Source: Schmidtea nova
Lineage: Eukaryota
NCBI GenBank assembly: GCA_044892505.1
Contig: CM097882.1
Coordinates: forward strand, 300,328,001 to 300,392,000
Direction of reading: 5' to 3'
DNA length: 64,000 nucleotides
Position 1 is the first letter of the stretch. The number at the start of each line of letters is the position of its first letter. Below the pieces are notes generated by a model. The model made no database searches. It was given only the letters and a program-made list of their open reading frames with translations, and had not been told where the DNA came from. Below are positions 37,406-52,100 of this stretch, in pieces. Both the position numbers and the translations under genes were made by a program.

Positions 37406-38054
37406 TCTCGTTATTAGCCTTTCGCAAGGACCTGAAAGCTTTTCTGTGTTCTTCTGGAGATATGTTGAATCTTTTCATAATGGTGCCTTTTATCGCCTCG
37501 TAGTTTCTTGATTCTTCTGTCGATAGTCTTGACATGGCTTTACCTGTAAGTAACGGTTGAATGAAAGTATACCAATCTGTCTTTGGGATTTCTTGAATTG
37601 TGGCCAAACTCTCAAATCCTTCTAGGTAGACTTCGATCCTTTCTGTACAGCTATATGGCAACAGTATTGGAATCTGTGGGCTTTGTTGTATGAAACTTTG
37701 ACTCTCTCTTCTGTTTATTGGCAATGATTTCTTTTCCTCGATCTCTAGCTTCTTCAATTCGAGTTGAAATATTTCTTGACGTCGTTTTTCCTCGATCTCG
37801 TTTTATCGTCGTCTGTCTTCCAGTTTGTCTAGTCTTTTCCTCTCTTCCGTTTCGGCTTTCTTGTCTTCTCTATCTTCTTGTCTTCTTTTTTCTCTTAATT
37901 GATCTTGTCGTCTTTTTTCTTCTAATTCCTCTTGTCGTCTTTTTTCTTCTAATTCATCTTGTCGCCTTTTCTCTTCTAATTCATCTTGTCGCCTTTTTTC
38001 TTCTAATTCAAGTCTTCGTATCTCCTCTTCGTTTTCTTTAGCTAGTGACGCCAT
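37405..38054 (-). pseudogene. Gypsy gag (coiled coil + SCAN-like capsid), inverted relative to pol
   Basis: EEKRRQDEL x~5 (27-nt tandem repeat), then IEVYLEGFESLA..W...IQPLLTGKA..NYEAIKGTIMKRFNISPEEHRKAFR; one in-frame stop. Confidence 0.8.
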
Positions 38055-38249
38055 TGTTACAACAATAACTTAGACACGTTTTAAAATGTATTCTTTTCTC
38101 AAAAACTTCTTATTTAAACAAAAATGTTTAAAAATGATGAAATCGATTTAGAAATAATTAGTAAACATTAATAATAACAAAAAGCCATACATTAAATAAT
38201 TATTAATTTATTCATTTGGTCTACGTTGCAAAAAGGAATCTAAATTCTC

Positions 38250-39654
38250 TTTTTTGGCATCTGCGATTATTGAGCAAAATATGCATTACACCAACGTTTA
38301 ACGGAACTCACACGCTCGTAGTCTTCGTCATTCTCTTCTAACAACTCCATGCATTGATGGTTTTAACAATTAAATTTCTCACAGCAACAGTTTCGAAAAC
38401 GTCATTTTCTAAGTATGTATGACAGTCCATTTCTTGCAGCTCTTGATTAACCCATTACCTCCCACTGTACTCACATGGGTACACTTGTTAAAGGCGTGAT
38501 TTCATGTTCAATAGTATATTCCGAGAAACTCCTTAATGATAATGGAACTTATATGAATAATTGATGGATGAAGGTAAAAACTCAATACGAAATAATATAT
38601 CTCAGTAACGAAACGGATTGAGTTAAAGTGGAAAGCAATAATAACGAAATAACTGTTTCACGCAGGTAGTTTTCTTTTGGGCGTTAATGGGTTAATCAAG
38701 GGTTTACCTTGTGATTTTAACAAAGTCTGAATATCATCATTGTCCAATACCAGAAGAGCTCGAGGTCCAACTCAAATATCCTCGTAATATTTTTATTGTT
38801 GCGCAGAAACAAGTTTTAAACCAGTCCATAAATAAGTTTTGTGTCATCCAAGACCTACAGTGAGTACACCAAAAAGTGGTAACTTTTTTTAGAGTAACCT
38901 GTAAGGGCACAAGAATTTTCTGATTGGTAGATCAACAAAGGTTTCAATTTTAATTCTCCGGATGCATTTCCACCGAGAAGAAAGGTTAGACGGTCCTTGG
39001 ATGCTTTAAAACCAGAAGCAGTCTTCTCCTCAATCAAAATAAACGTACGTTTTGGCCTTCTTTACCAAAATAAATTTCTGTTTCATCCACATTAAAAATT
39101 AAATTTGGTGGATAATTTCCCCTTTCTACAATTTCACGGAACTCCATCGGATATTTTTCTGCTGATTATACGTTTGCACTAGCCAAATCACCGACCATTT
39201 TATGGTTATGCAAATTTGATGGTTTTCTAAACCGGTTAAACCTACCTTTGGTTGCTTTAAATACTTCTTCTCCTCCATGTTGAGATTTTAAATGATATCA
39301 AAGACTAATTGATTTACTCACTATGATTTGAGTACTAATAGGTATGTGGTTTTGATTCAGATCTTCTATCCATTTTCTTAATAAATCCTCTATTTCCATC
39401 ATCAAAACACTTCTGGTTAGTGAAACTTTTGACGATGTAATTGGAGTAACACTCACTCACGCTCATGACTAACTATGTATGTACATGTGCATACGTATAT
39501 GCATGTGAAAGCGAAAAATAAAGATGTATCACTCATTATGACAATTTTTTGCACTCGTCAAGGCCTGCGTTTAGATAGTATCTTTTTTTTTAATTATCGA
39601 TCGCGATATAACGAATACGCGATTGCCGAAGTCGCAATGAACGGTGGTTACCTG
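38250..39654 (-). mobile_element. Tigger/pogo transposon relic
   Basis: TA|CAGGTAACCACCG terminus at 39654; IFNVDET, GFKASKDRLTFLLGGNASGELKLKPLLIYQSEN, WMTQNLFMDWF, ALLVLDN. The left end was not identified. Confidence 0.85.
38451..38691. mobile_element. piggyBac-like MITE inside the Tigger relic
   Basis: TTAA|CCCATTA...TAATGGG|TTAA; the target lies in the palindrome CTTGATTAATCAAG. Confidence 0.8.
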
Positions 39655-42600
39655 TAAAGCTTAAAATTAGATCCTTAAAAATAACACAGCTAATGACTTT
39701 GCAATAATGAAATCAAAGCATATTTTTAAATAATTTATTTCTTAGGAGCCCACATATATTTTTCTCAGGTTCAGCTATTTCTTTCGACACATCTGCAAAC
39801 GTGTTTCTTTGATTTAATAAATATTCCTAAAAACGCTTTAATTTCAGTGACAAGTCTTTGTATGCAAGATTATTAAACAAATCTCGATGACAAATTTCAT
39901 CGAGAGTCATTTCTACTTAGAAAGGTGCAAAAACAAGGCTGTGATTTATTGAATTTTATTAATAAGAAACGTAAATATCTAAAGAGATATCAATTAATAT
40001 TTTTTTACATATTTCGTTAATTGGAAAATCTTTAGATCATTTGGACCACACCGTTCCACCGAATTCAGATAGTTCAGTTCTTGCTTCATGTACAACACAA
40101 AAAGACAATTTAGTTTTCTTTAATATCAAAATAACTTTAAAACCAAGCGCAAGTTTTTGATAATTCAAAAAAGTCCAAATTTACAAATTTAAAAATATTA
40201 AAAAAATACAGTAAATGTACAGTAAATTAAATTGTTACGCAAACCGCTTCGTATTATTGACAAATAAGACATATTAAGGGCAGTTGGAAGTAAATTTTAT
40301 AATTAATCTAAATTGATAAATATTTAGTAAACTCCAAAAAAACATTTGAACAAATTTAGTGGCGAAATTTCTAATATTGAATAAAAAAGGAACCCATAAA
40401 AAGAAGTTTTTAATGTAACTCTTTCTTTTTCTCATGTTCTCGGTTAATTTTATTGTTGTTTCATTGTTTGGTAGTTTCTTGGCAACAGTAAATTAAAAGA
40501 TCACATTGTTTCAAAATTTTTCAAAATTTTTCAATTTTTCAATGGATAATTTGTGGGCCACCACGAGTCTTCTCGCAAATTTTCAGATCGATTGGATATC
40601 GGGAAGTTGGTTAACAATCGATCCAAAGTTTGACAAGAAAACAAACAGAAATTGGAAGTTAAAAGAAAGAGTTAAAAAAAGCTCAATATCGCAACATTTT
40701 ATTGAAGTTTTGTTAACAATATTTTTGTTTTCTCGTACAAAATGACTACCTAAATTTATAAAGAAAAGAAAAGAAATATATAATCTAATATATGCCATCA
40801 AATCATGATCAGAAATGGATTACAAAAGTAATCATTATATGTGTTGCGTCGTTCAAGTTAATTGATTACAAGTGACTAATTTATGGATCAATCAAATTAT
40901 AGTTTGTTGCATATAAATCATAGTTATGTAACACTTGATAGAATATAAAAATGTAATGTTTTGTGAAAATAGTCCATTTTTTCGCATATTTCATTAATTA
41001 TTGTAACACATTCATTATCGGGGGACAATACAAAAAAAGAAAAAAAATTAAATTAATTTTGTAAATATTTACAAAGTTGTACATAAAATATTTTAATTTT
41101 CAAATAATATACATTTATCGTTCCACTATTCAAAAAATGATTGAAATACAGAAAATAATATAGAAAATGAAGCCTATTTGCCTTGGAACCATAAATATAG
41201 TATATTATCTATTATTAAATTATAGAAATAAATATTTTAATATCAAAATTATTACCAAAAAATATATGAAAAAATGAAATTGACATATGATAATAAAATA
41301 AATGATAATTTAAATTCTGTTAAAATACCTTTGGTTTATTGTTGAATCAAATGAATACAAAGAATCATCTTTGGCAAGTAGATTGAAAAAGCTTTGCAAT
41401 TGTCCCATTAATTTTAAACTATAAAACGAAAAAATCAAATTTTATTTGAATAAGAATGTTTGTTGAAATTTTGAAAAATGAATTTAACTGAATTTATATG
41501 ATTTATATAAATTGTTTTCTTTATAATTATATAAATTTACTTTAATGAATTATTAATTTTATTAATACAAGAAATAATTAAATATTTATTTTTAAGATAT
41601 TTCTGTTAATTTACTTACATGGAAATATATAACTGATATATTCAAACAAGTTTTGAAATTGGTTTAAATTTTATCTAAATGACAAATAGAAAAAACAACT
41701 GAAAAACTTTGAGCCTTCATTTTGAATTGTAGTTTTATATTTTGCTAAAAATTTATGGTTAGTAAAGAATTTTCACAAAATGAATCTATGTTTAATAAAT
41801 GATCAAAAAATATTGCAGGAAAATTTCAGTTTAAATGATTAGTTGTATTGGAACTCGGAAAAAGTATTGATTAAATGTTTTGACAAACTTGGAGACAAAA
41901 ATTTGTTGGCTGAATCAATTTAATAGGGTAACGTGTAAAATTGCTTAGAACAAGTTTACATAATACCCGTTTTTTAAACCAGCCACGATATCTTTAACAA
42001 AAAAAATAAAAATCTATATTTAATTATCTTAAATGGAGAGCTAAAATACTACGATTTCATTGGCAACTTTCTTACACCAACAGTCTGTAATTAAGGGCCA
42101 CAAAGACACTTAATACAGGCATTTGGTATTTATTATTACTTATTATTTACTTTTTTTTAATTTAATTTTTAGCTATGTATTTTAGCTATTTTAGCATATT
42201 TTAAATTTATTTAATATTTTAAGTTAAATACCAATTTATTTTATCTAGATATTTTTTAGATATTTATGAAATACAGAAAAAAGTAAGTCTTTATAATTTT
42301 ATCAGCTTATCTTTTAAACATTTGGATATTGTTTTTGTGTATACATTCAACTAATTGTATCCAAGAAGTTTTTCATTTCTTCCAAAGTAATCCAATAATT
42401 GTGGTCCACACAATCAATTCATTGTATTCCATTTTCTTCAATTATTAGACTAACATTTTATCTGCCTCTTTTCCCTGCTGTAAGAATGCCAGTTTTTCTA
42501 CCTCGACACTATGTCTTTAATAATTTTAGGTTCAAAACCCATTTGCCTGCAGAATTCTTCATAATTGTCACGCCGTTTCATTACTTATTTTAGTAATTTT

Positions 42601-42899
42601 TTGTCATGTTCAGATTATCTATAGAATTTTATGTTAAAAATTAGAAATTCAATTTGTTTTACGTTTTTCGAAGTTTACTTTCTACAGTTTTGCCCATTTG
42701 AGGCATTATAGCTTCATTTTCTACATTTCTAAAAATATTTTTTTAATTTTTTAATATAATTGTAAGTTTACATTTCTTCTTGATTCTCTCCAATAAATGG
42801 TACAGTTGATTCCAAAAAGGTTTCTGAAATATCTTCATAAATCATGATTTTTTTAAATTTTAAAATCCCTTAATTAAAGACTGTCACTTAAATTATGTC

Positions 42900-44880
42900 C
42901 ATATTTTTGTATTTTTCAATACACCTGTTTTCAAGCATTAAAAATTTCTATAATATAAATTTAAAAGAACCAATAGCAAATGAAAACTTACGTAGGTGTT
43001 GCATTTTGATATTTCGTAGTGTAAAAATTTTAAAATGTGATAGACATTCTGTAAGAAAAAATAAATTATACACATAAACACAACACATAATGAAAATTGT
43101 ATGGAAACTTTTAAGGGTGTTATTTTTTTCGCTATTAAAAATCCTATAATAAAGTTATTTATTTTTAAAATATGGTTTTTGGGTAAATATTTGGAATATT
43201 TCCTAGGGGAGTTGTCGAGAAAATGGATAGATAACATCGTAAGTTTTATTTTAATATAAAATTTCATATATTTCCAAAAATTATTTGCAAAATCTTTTCG
43301 TTTTCAGTAGCAAAAAAAATAATTCCGTCTAATTATTTTAAAATTATAGACAATTAAACATATTTACACTTCAATTTAGATCATTTTGAAGCCTCAGATA
43401 ATACAGGACAATAAAAATTGCAAATTCTTGAAATAAAAAAGTAAGCTTAATTAAATTATTTCTTGGAATATCCAAAAAATATTTCAAAAATAGAACTAAT
43501 TATAATAATTCTTATTAAAAAAAAGATTTTTTAACTTACGATAAATGAAAATAATTCCCAAAAAATGTTTAAAAAATCATGATTTCCTAAAAAGTATTTA
43601 AAATTTAAATAAATAAAAGTGTAGAACAAAATATAAAATAGAAATATTCGGAGAATGATTAATTTCATTAATAAACTTTTGTTAAAAATAATTTTACTTA
43701 CGTTTAATATAAAATACTTCCAAAAAATTTCATAAAAAAATCATATTTTTCTAAAAATCTAATAAATATAAAAATAAATAATATTGAAGAATATAGATAA
43801 ACTTTCAAAGCTTCTATAGTGATCTTATATCATTGTAAGATCAAAACAGAATCCTTAAAAGATATCTAGATAAATAAAATTACCTGATAGCCATTTTGAA
43901 AAAATGGCTAAATGAAAAATAAATGTCTAAATGAATACACCTGTTTTCGTTCGATAAAAGTATATCTATAATATAAAAAATAAATAACCAATAGAAAATG
44001 ATAACTTACGTTGATGTTAACAGTTGATTTTACGTCGTTTAAAAGTTTTAGTATGTGGTAGAAAATCTGTGAGAAAAAATAAATTATGCACACAAACACA
44101 ACACACAATGAAAATTGCATGCAAACTTTTAAGGGTACATTTTTTTACGCGTTTAAAAGTCCTAAAATTAATTAATTTATTTTTAAAATATGATTTTTAG
44201 GTAAATATTTGGAATATTTTCTAAGGGAGTTGATATTTCGTAGTTAAAACTTGTGGATAAATGGATAAATAACATCGTAAGTTTTATTTTAATATAAAAT
44301 TTCATATATTTACAAAGATTATATGACAAAATTTTCGCTTTTTTCAGTAGCCAAAAAATAATTTTGTCTAATTATTTTCAAATTATAGACAATTAGGCAT
44401 ATTTACTCTGCAATTTGGATCATTTTGAAGTCTCATATAATACAGGACGATAAAATTTGGTAATTCTTGAAATAAAAAATTAAGCTTAATTAAATTATTT
44501 CTTGGAATATCCAAAAAATATTTCAAAATTATAAATAATTATAATAATTATTAATTAAAAATGATTTTTTTAACTTACGTTAAATGAAAATAATTCCCAA
44601 AAAAATGTTTGAAAAATCAAGATTTCCCAGAAAGTATTTAATAATAAATAAAAATAAGTGAAGAACAAATATAATAGAATTTCATTAATAAACTATTGTT
44701 AAAAAATATTTTTACTTACGTTTAATGTAAAATACTTCCAAAAAAATTCATAAAAAATCATATTTTCCTAAAAGCTAATAAATATAAAATAAAATAATAT
44801 TGAAGAATATAGATAACCTTTCAAAGCTTCTATAGTGATCTTATATCATTGTAAAATCAAAATAGAAACCTTAAAAGAAA
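42900..44880 (-). repeat. Diverged tandem duplication of a ~970-bp unit with minus-strand micro-exon structure
   Basis: Units ~42900-43880 and ~43910-44880 are colinear, with recurrent GTAAG donors and YAG acceptors on the minus strand. Confidence 0.8.
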
Positions 44881-47019
44881 ACCGGAGTAAATAAAACATT
44901 AAACAAAGTAACTATGAGTAAACAGTAGGTGTACACACCTACTTGTATCATAGTTATTTTTAATGCTTGAAACCAGATGTATAGGTTTTTTTGACCAAAT
45001 TTATTTTTCTTATTTTCTATAGTATAGGCCCGTAATTTATGACCGTGCTTTTTTTCTTTGTCCTAATCTGCAGTAGGTATGTATATTTTTTCTATATATA
45101 AAATAATTTGTTGTTATAGATACTTTAAATTTTACCTGTCTCTCCCTTAATTTATGCGCTTTGGTATATAATAATTCCATTTAATAGTTACTGATTTTAG
45201 ATCCTAATTTTAGGTTGAAATTCTGAAAAACAAAATCCACAACTGATATTATTTTCACAAGTAAAAATTTTGTATTTAAATTTATCTGTCTTACCAAATT
45301 CATTTAGTCGGAAAGGCATGTGATTCATTACAACCGGTAATATTACGTTTCGAACTAGAGAATTTACTTTGATTTCTTTCTAAAGGTCAGCCTCTCTATC
45401 TTCAGCTAAATGTCGCAAAGGTCAAGCCTTTGGAGAATAGCTCATCATAATGAAAGAAATTGAACAGTTCCTCGATTTGTTGGATTATACTTGTTGGTGA
45501 AATATTAATCAGAATTGTGCTTCAAGTTGCGGAAATTTTATAAGTCGTCATTCTTGGAATTCTACCACTTTCTGATTAATCAAATCAATGCCCGTAAGAA
45601 CAATATTTTTATCTATGCCATTTAATAGTCTGTTGGAAGTTTTTATCTTATCATTTTTGATCATGTACGGGGTTATTAGTTTTTAATACTGTATATTGGT
45701 AAATACATTCATTGAATTGTTTTGTTTCTTTGAGTTTTAATAATTATTGCAAATTTTTCAAAAATTCAAAATTTTATTAAATGGAGGTAATGCGTAAATA
45801 CTAGGTTGATATTAAATTTAATAACGAATGATTTTCAAAGAGATGAGGTTCTAGTGGTATACTGTGGTCTGGTGATTATTCGTGAATGAATGAATTTTAA
45901 AAAAATTCGTATTAATTTGCAATTATAGCCAACATTGATTTGGGTAAATTTCCTAAGTGTTATAATTGGTATAAGGTATTTTATTTGTAAATACAATTAT
46001 TGATGTTGACCGAGGTTGGAAGTGACTTAATGATAATCACAAACGGATGTATTACTACATTGATTGTCGGGGTGTAGTATGCAGTATATGATATATATTA
46101 ACGAATGAGACAATGTAACTCTGAATGGATGTATAGATATATAGGTTCCTGAGTGTGGTACCAGGGGTGGATGTCGATCGTTACTTGACTGATTGATTAA
46201 GGGTGGATATGAATGTGATTCGATGCAAATGCATTATGTCGATGGATGTTATGATATACAAGTGTTTAATTTTTGAGATAATAATGGTCTGCAATGAATT
46301 GTGACATGGGATGTTGTGATTTAATATGAATTGATCCAGGATGTAGTATTTTCAAGTTAACGAGTGTACATATTTTTTATAGGTTTAATAACGAATTTTC
46401 AGTGTGATGATCAAATATGGATGATGTGGTTGGATGTAATGGAAAGTCTCAAACTGGATGTAAATGAGTGGCTTCTGTATGAATTTCCTGGATGTTTCAT
46501 GCTGCATGTGAATGTTAATGACTGTAATGATACTATTTAAATGGATTTATGAATGCATGAAATCTAGTGTATATTATTAGATATGGGTATACACGAATTT
46601 TTCTAGACACTTCACCTGAAGGTTTCAAATACCCGAAATTAGGTTTGAATAAAACAATTTTTTATGAATACATTTAGATAAAAATGAGGTTTAACTAGAC
46701 AAAATCAATTATCATTTATATGATCTAATATGATCTAAACATTTCTTTTTCTTTTGGAGTTGCTAATGAGATGATTTTTATAAATTCTGATTTCGGAATG
46801 ACTTGCGATTTCTTTTGAAATAAGTTGAAAACATGTTCATTTGGACGAAGTTGAATTACGAGTCTTGTATATCTTTCAATATCTTTTACTATATGGACAT
46901 TTTGTGTGAATCTTGAAATACTTATTAGATTTATATATAAATAAAACTAGTTACTATATTATAATATGAATAATTTTAATTTGAACAAAACCTTGCAATT
47001 GACCAACCCACTACTCCTC

Positions 47020-48710
47020 ATTAAGCCAGGTATGAGATGAAGCGTTATTGGATGTTTGTGCTCACTTCAATGAAAATATGGATCAGAACACTGAAAGGAC
47101 GCCAGCGAACTAATGATTCACCAAAGCGACTAATGATGGTACGACCACTATAGAAAATTCATTAATAATAAAATAATAATATGATAATCGTAAAATAATG
47201 TGATATTAAATTTTACTTTATGGATTGTGTGACAGAATCTTCATTTAAATCATTAAATTAAAATCATTAGATTTAAATAAATTTAATGATAAAATGTAAT
47301 TCCAATGATATAAATTATAAACGTTAAAATGATGCATTACAGATATTCATTATAAACAAAGAATTGGTATGGGACGATCGAGGGCATGATCTTAAAAGTC
47401 CTATCGCAACAAATAAACAAACAACAACAATTCTTACGCTTCCGAAAATCAATAACTTCTAGCAAATTATTGGCCTCCGCGAGATGAAGTTCTTATGCTG
47501 TATTGGAACTATTCAATCTGTCAGATGGATTCTCCATAAGAATGCTCAACTGAGTGTTATAATGCTTCTTTTGGGAAATTTCAAGATGTAGGGATCCTCC
47601 TTTGAAAATAACTCCCGTTGGGTAGTTGAAAATTCTCTTTAACTTTGAATATTGTTCGGTAGGCTCTCCTCAAGAATGCTCGACTGAGTGTTATAATGAT
47701 TTTTTGTGAAATTTCGAGATTTAGGGAACCGCCTTTTTTCTGTTCTTCAAGTAAGTAGTTACAGATTCTGAATTTAATGATTTTGAAGGCGGTATATAAA
47801 GTTGTTTCAAACTGTTATTTTCGTTGATGTATTAAAACAAATTGTTTTAGAAGGAATTTTCGATTCTTCCGAAATTAATTTTAATAATTTTAAGCAAAAT
47901 CGAATTATTATTTTTGCATAAAATTTTAACTAAACTTAAAATAATTAATTTTTGATCTAAAATGTTATTTTTAAATTAAAGTTTTCCTAATTTAGTTTAA
48001 TTTACCAAATTTTTAACTAAAACAATTTTCTTTCATAATTTTTTGAATTTTTAAGCTAAAATCGAAAATTTCCTCTAGAAAATATGTTAATTTTTCCTAG
48101 TTTGTTATTTTATTACATAATTGATGTTTTATGTTATATGTGTTTTTCGCGTGTATATTTAATGCGCTTTTGTTCATTTTAATTTTTAAAGATGTTTTAG
48201 CTAATTATTTATGTGCTTTGTTGCTACTTTGTTTTACTCGTTGCTATAGCCCATAGAATTTTACACATACGTCTTGTGCGCTCTCTACATGCTGTATTAC
48301 CGCGTAATTTAAACAAAATTCAATTTTTACCCAACATTTTCCACAATTTTAAATAAATTATTTTCTTTAATCTGATATAAATTTTATTCTATTATCATGC
48401 TTTTCGGCATTTTTATACAAGCAATGACTCTCCCCATTTAATTCTCGTGCGGTCCTACGCATGTAAATGTGACCTGCACTCAAATTTTGAGCTCTCTTTG
48501 ATATGTTTCTTTTCTATCGTTTAAGTCTTATCTCGACCAACTTATACAATGCAGTTCGTATGAATTCTACAGTATTTTACTGTTTTGTTTTCTTTTGCGT
48601 TATTTTACTGCGTAATGCTTTATCGTGATTTTTTAAACTTGTTTCTTTTTGTAATTATTTAATTTTTGATAAATTCAAACAAAATTTATTTTCGATTTCG
48701 CCAGCCCAAC
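47020..48710. mobile_element. Diverged LTR related to 14012-15351
   Basis: ~48380-48710 is a clear reverse-complement match to 14012-14350. The left boundary is uncertain. Confidence 0.45.
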
Positions 48711-49115
48711 CGTTGAGATCTATTCTCACAGGATTTTTAATTGTATAAATCCATTTAGCAATTCCTCTGTATAAATATGGCCTTAAAAATTTAAAATTTA
48801 AAAATTTAATAATTTTTAAATTGAATAAATAAATTTAATTAATTAAAAAATTAATTAAATTAATAATTTTTTTAATAAAATTAGATTTAACAATTAAATA
48901 AAATTTCTTTAATAAATAAATTCACTAAAATTATTTAAAACTTTGTTTAAATAATTTCCTTCAATTTACTTTAATCAAACGAGCATTTAAATATAAATAT
49001 AAAATTTACCATTTTTTATAAATTCCTGTTCAGATGTTCTTTAGTTTCTCAAATTGGAATAACTGAAATATTTGTGATATTATTATTTTTTAATTTTCTT
49101 TTACAATCATCCTCA

Positions 49116-52100
49116 ATGGGTTCAACATCATCAAAACCTACACCTCAATATAAATTCATCAACAGTGGTGAAGGTCGTTTGGAAATGAAACCGACAAATT
49201 TCCAATTCGAAAAGCGCTGGGAAACATTCATCCAATCACTAGACGTCGGTCCAGAAAACGTTCGACAAATCGACCAGTTGGATCCAGATCAGAAAGAACA
49301 ATTGCTTTTAAATTTCGTACGACCAGATTTTCTAATAATAATAATAATAATAATTTTCATATAAAAGGAATCTAAAAATCCGAAATATTCGGCATTTCAC
49401 TACGTAACACTAATTAAGGCTCTTCAAACCGGTAAATCAATTCGAAAAAGTTTTAATAAAAAGCCCGACGATGATCCGGTTCATGTTCTGTCGGCAACTG
49501 AGGTGTCATTGCGCACAAATAATGTTGAGTAAAATTTAAATTTTGCAGTTTAAAAAAATTAAAAACTTTAATCAGTTGGGTTTATGATTTTCTTAATAAC
49601 AATGGCTTGGAAGTTCTCCTTGATTACATGTCAAAAACTTTAGTTCTATTTCTCAAGTAATTATATTGTTTTTGTACTTCTATGATAATTGATTGATTAT
49701 TTTCTTTTTCTTATTGTTATTAATAATAATTTAATTTTCTCCAGTATCAATTACAAAAATTTCGAAACAAAAAAAGCATTGAATTTGTAAGTAATATCAA
49801 ATGAGATTATTATTATTGTAATTATAATAATTATTATTATTATGCTAATTTTAATATCCTATACAACTTTATGATTACAGCTCATTTTACAATTCAAATC
49901 CTAAATTTATAAATGAGTCTGCTACTGATTATTTGTCGGCGACTAAATTGTTATGCCAAATTATGATAAAAAATCATTATTGATTATAACTTTATTGCAC
50001 TTAATTTATGCCAATCAAATCGAATATTTTTTTAAACGAAATTTGCTAGGAATTATTTTCTTCAATTTTAGACAAGCCGACACAAAAACTCATTTATCGT
50101 CGAGTGATTTGTTCAAATCGAAAAAATTCAATTGCTGTGCCAGTCTCAAGCGTCGCTCGAGTGTTGTGACGAAATTTCAGAACTCGAAAGATTCGGTGAA
50201 TGAATCGGTGAAAAATAGTTTACACCAGGGCCTGAAATGTATGAGGGCTATTTTAAATAATCAAGTAAGAGTTAATTAACTTTTAAAATTTTAATTAATT
50301 AAAATTTTTTTTGATTTCCATAAAAGATTTCTGTGAAATACTAATTTATTTTATGAAAATGATTTTTGCGGAAAGATATTAATATTTATTTTTATTAAAC
50401 AAGTTTTTTTTCCTAATAATTATACATTATATGTGATAAATTTATTTTTAATTTTTTTGAAAAAAAAATTCGATGATACTCGTAATTTTTTTAATAATTG
50501 TTAAATATTTGGCGGACCTCCGTTTTGTGGAACCCTTGAAATTAAAATTTTAAACTCTAAAAGTTAATTATAATTATTAAATACAACTAAGCGTACTCTC
50601 ATATCTATCAATCAGCAAAAGTGTGATTCCTGGATCTGTCATTGAAAGTGATCAATGGCCAAGTTTATTTATAAAAAAACACCCTATCCGTTTTGATAAT
50701 CAGTTTTATGAACTCAACACACTCAAATGTCTTAGAAAATAAATTCCATCGTGTATTAAATATCCCATATAACTGTTGGGACTGAAATGGTTTAATGTAA
50801 ATAATGAGTTGTTTTTATTAAAAAATATTTAATTAAATTGAAAAACGTCACATATCGTTTTAATACTGAAATCTTTAATCTTTATCAGCTTTGTTCTTTT
50901 TTTCAATTTCAATTTTTACACAATATATAAATTTTTTTTCTCCATTTCAACACAAATTTTCGGTTCTACCATTCAGAAATAAATAATCAAAAAGAACAAT
51001 GCCGAAAATTTATGTAGAATTTGTGTAGGAAAAAATATTTTCATCTATTGTCTTAAATTATGAAAATTAATTTCCTTTCGAGTCTAATTTCATTCTTTAA
51101 TACAAACTGATCTAAAAATTGAAAATTTTCTGTAAGATATGCCTATTGAAAATTATAATATGGATATCAAATAAGGAAACTTAATGATTTGACATTTGTG
51201 CGCTTTTTTCATTAATTCTTAATTAGGTTATTCTTACACTAGTTTTTTCACTTCTTTTTATAAGTTAATCATATTATGAGGTATTGAATGGTATTTTAGG
51301 AAACTTCTCTAATCAGACTCTAATATTTAAATTTCACTAATTCTAATATTGGCATTGGAATATTTATGGAATATTTAATTTTTAATAAGAACTTCTTATA
51401 GTTAATTTTTTGATTAATTACCAACATTAGAAAGTGATGCGTATGGTGACGCAATGCATTAAAGTACGTATTACGTCAATCAGATGGCATTATTCATAAT
51501 GAGGGTGGTGGAATGGATTAAATTATACTTGTCCATCTTTTTAATTTTAATCCTAATTGCACCACGTATTTTTATAATAAATTATGTCATGAGGTGAGAT
51601 CATTGTCTCAAGGTGATTTGAGAAATTCAACAAAGAAGTTTTTTTTAATGTTATATATTCCTATATAATCTAAACAAATAAAACAAATTCATGCTCTTTT
51701 ATTAAAAAAAAATATTAAAATATTTGAGTTTAAAACTCAATTATGATTCCAAGTCACATTTTGGTATGATTAGGATTAAGAATGACTAAATTAATTAAAT
51801 TTCCTGTTTTCTCGGAACTTGTAACAATTCAATGCTACAACAGACACTACCATTTCTAATCTTTTTACATTTGATTTATATCTTGTGATATTAATTCTAT
51901 TTTAGTCACTTAGAAAATTATAGAACATCTCCCTCACCAAAGATATGTAGGTTATTTAATTTATCAGATGTGAAAGAAATAGAAAATCTTTTTTTAAAAG
52001 TATTGTAAAATTTCATCAAGTGAGTATGAACTTAATCAAAATGATATAAAATTTGTATTAATAATAAAATACATTTTATAAAGTAAACCATATGTATTGT

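Noticed and set aside
45385-45405. CUGAAGA on the minus strand as another hammerhead
   Set aside because: No stem II followed by GAAA and no stem I complement.
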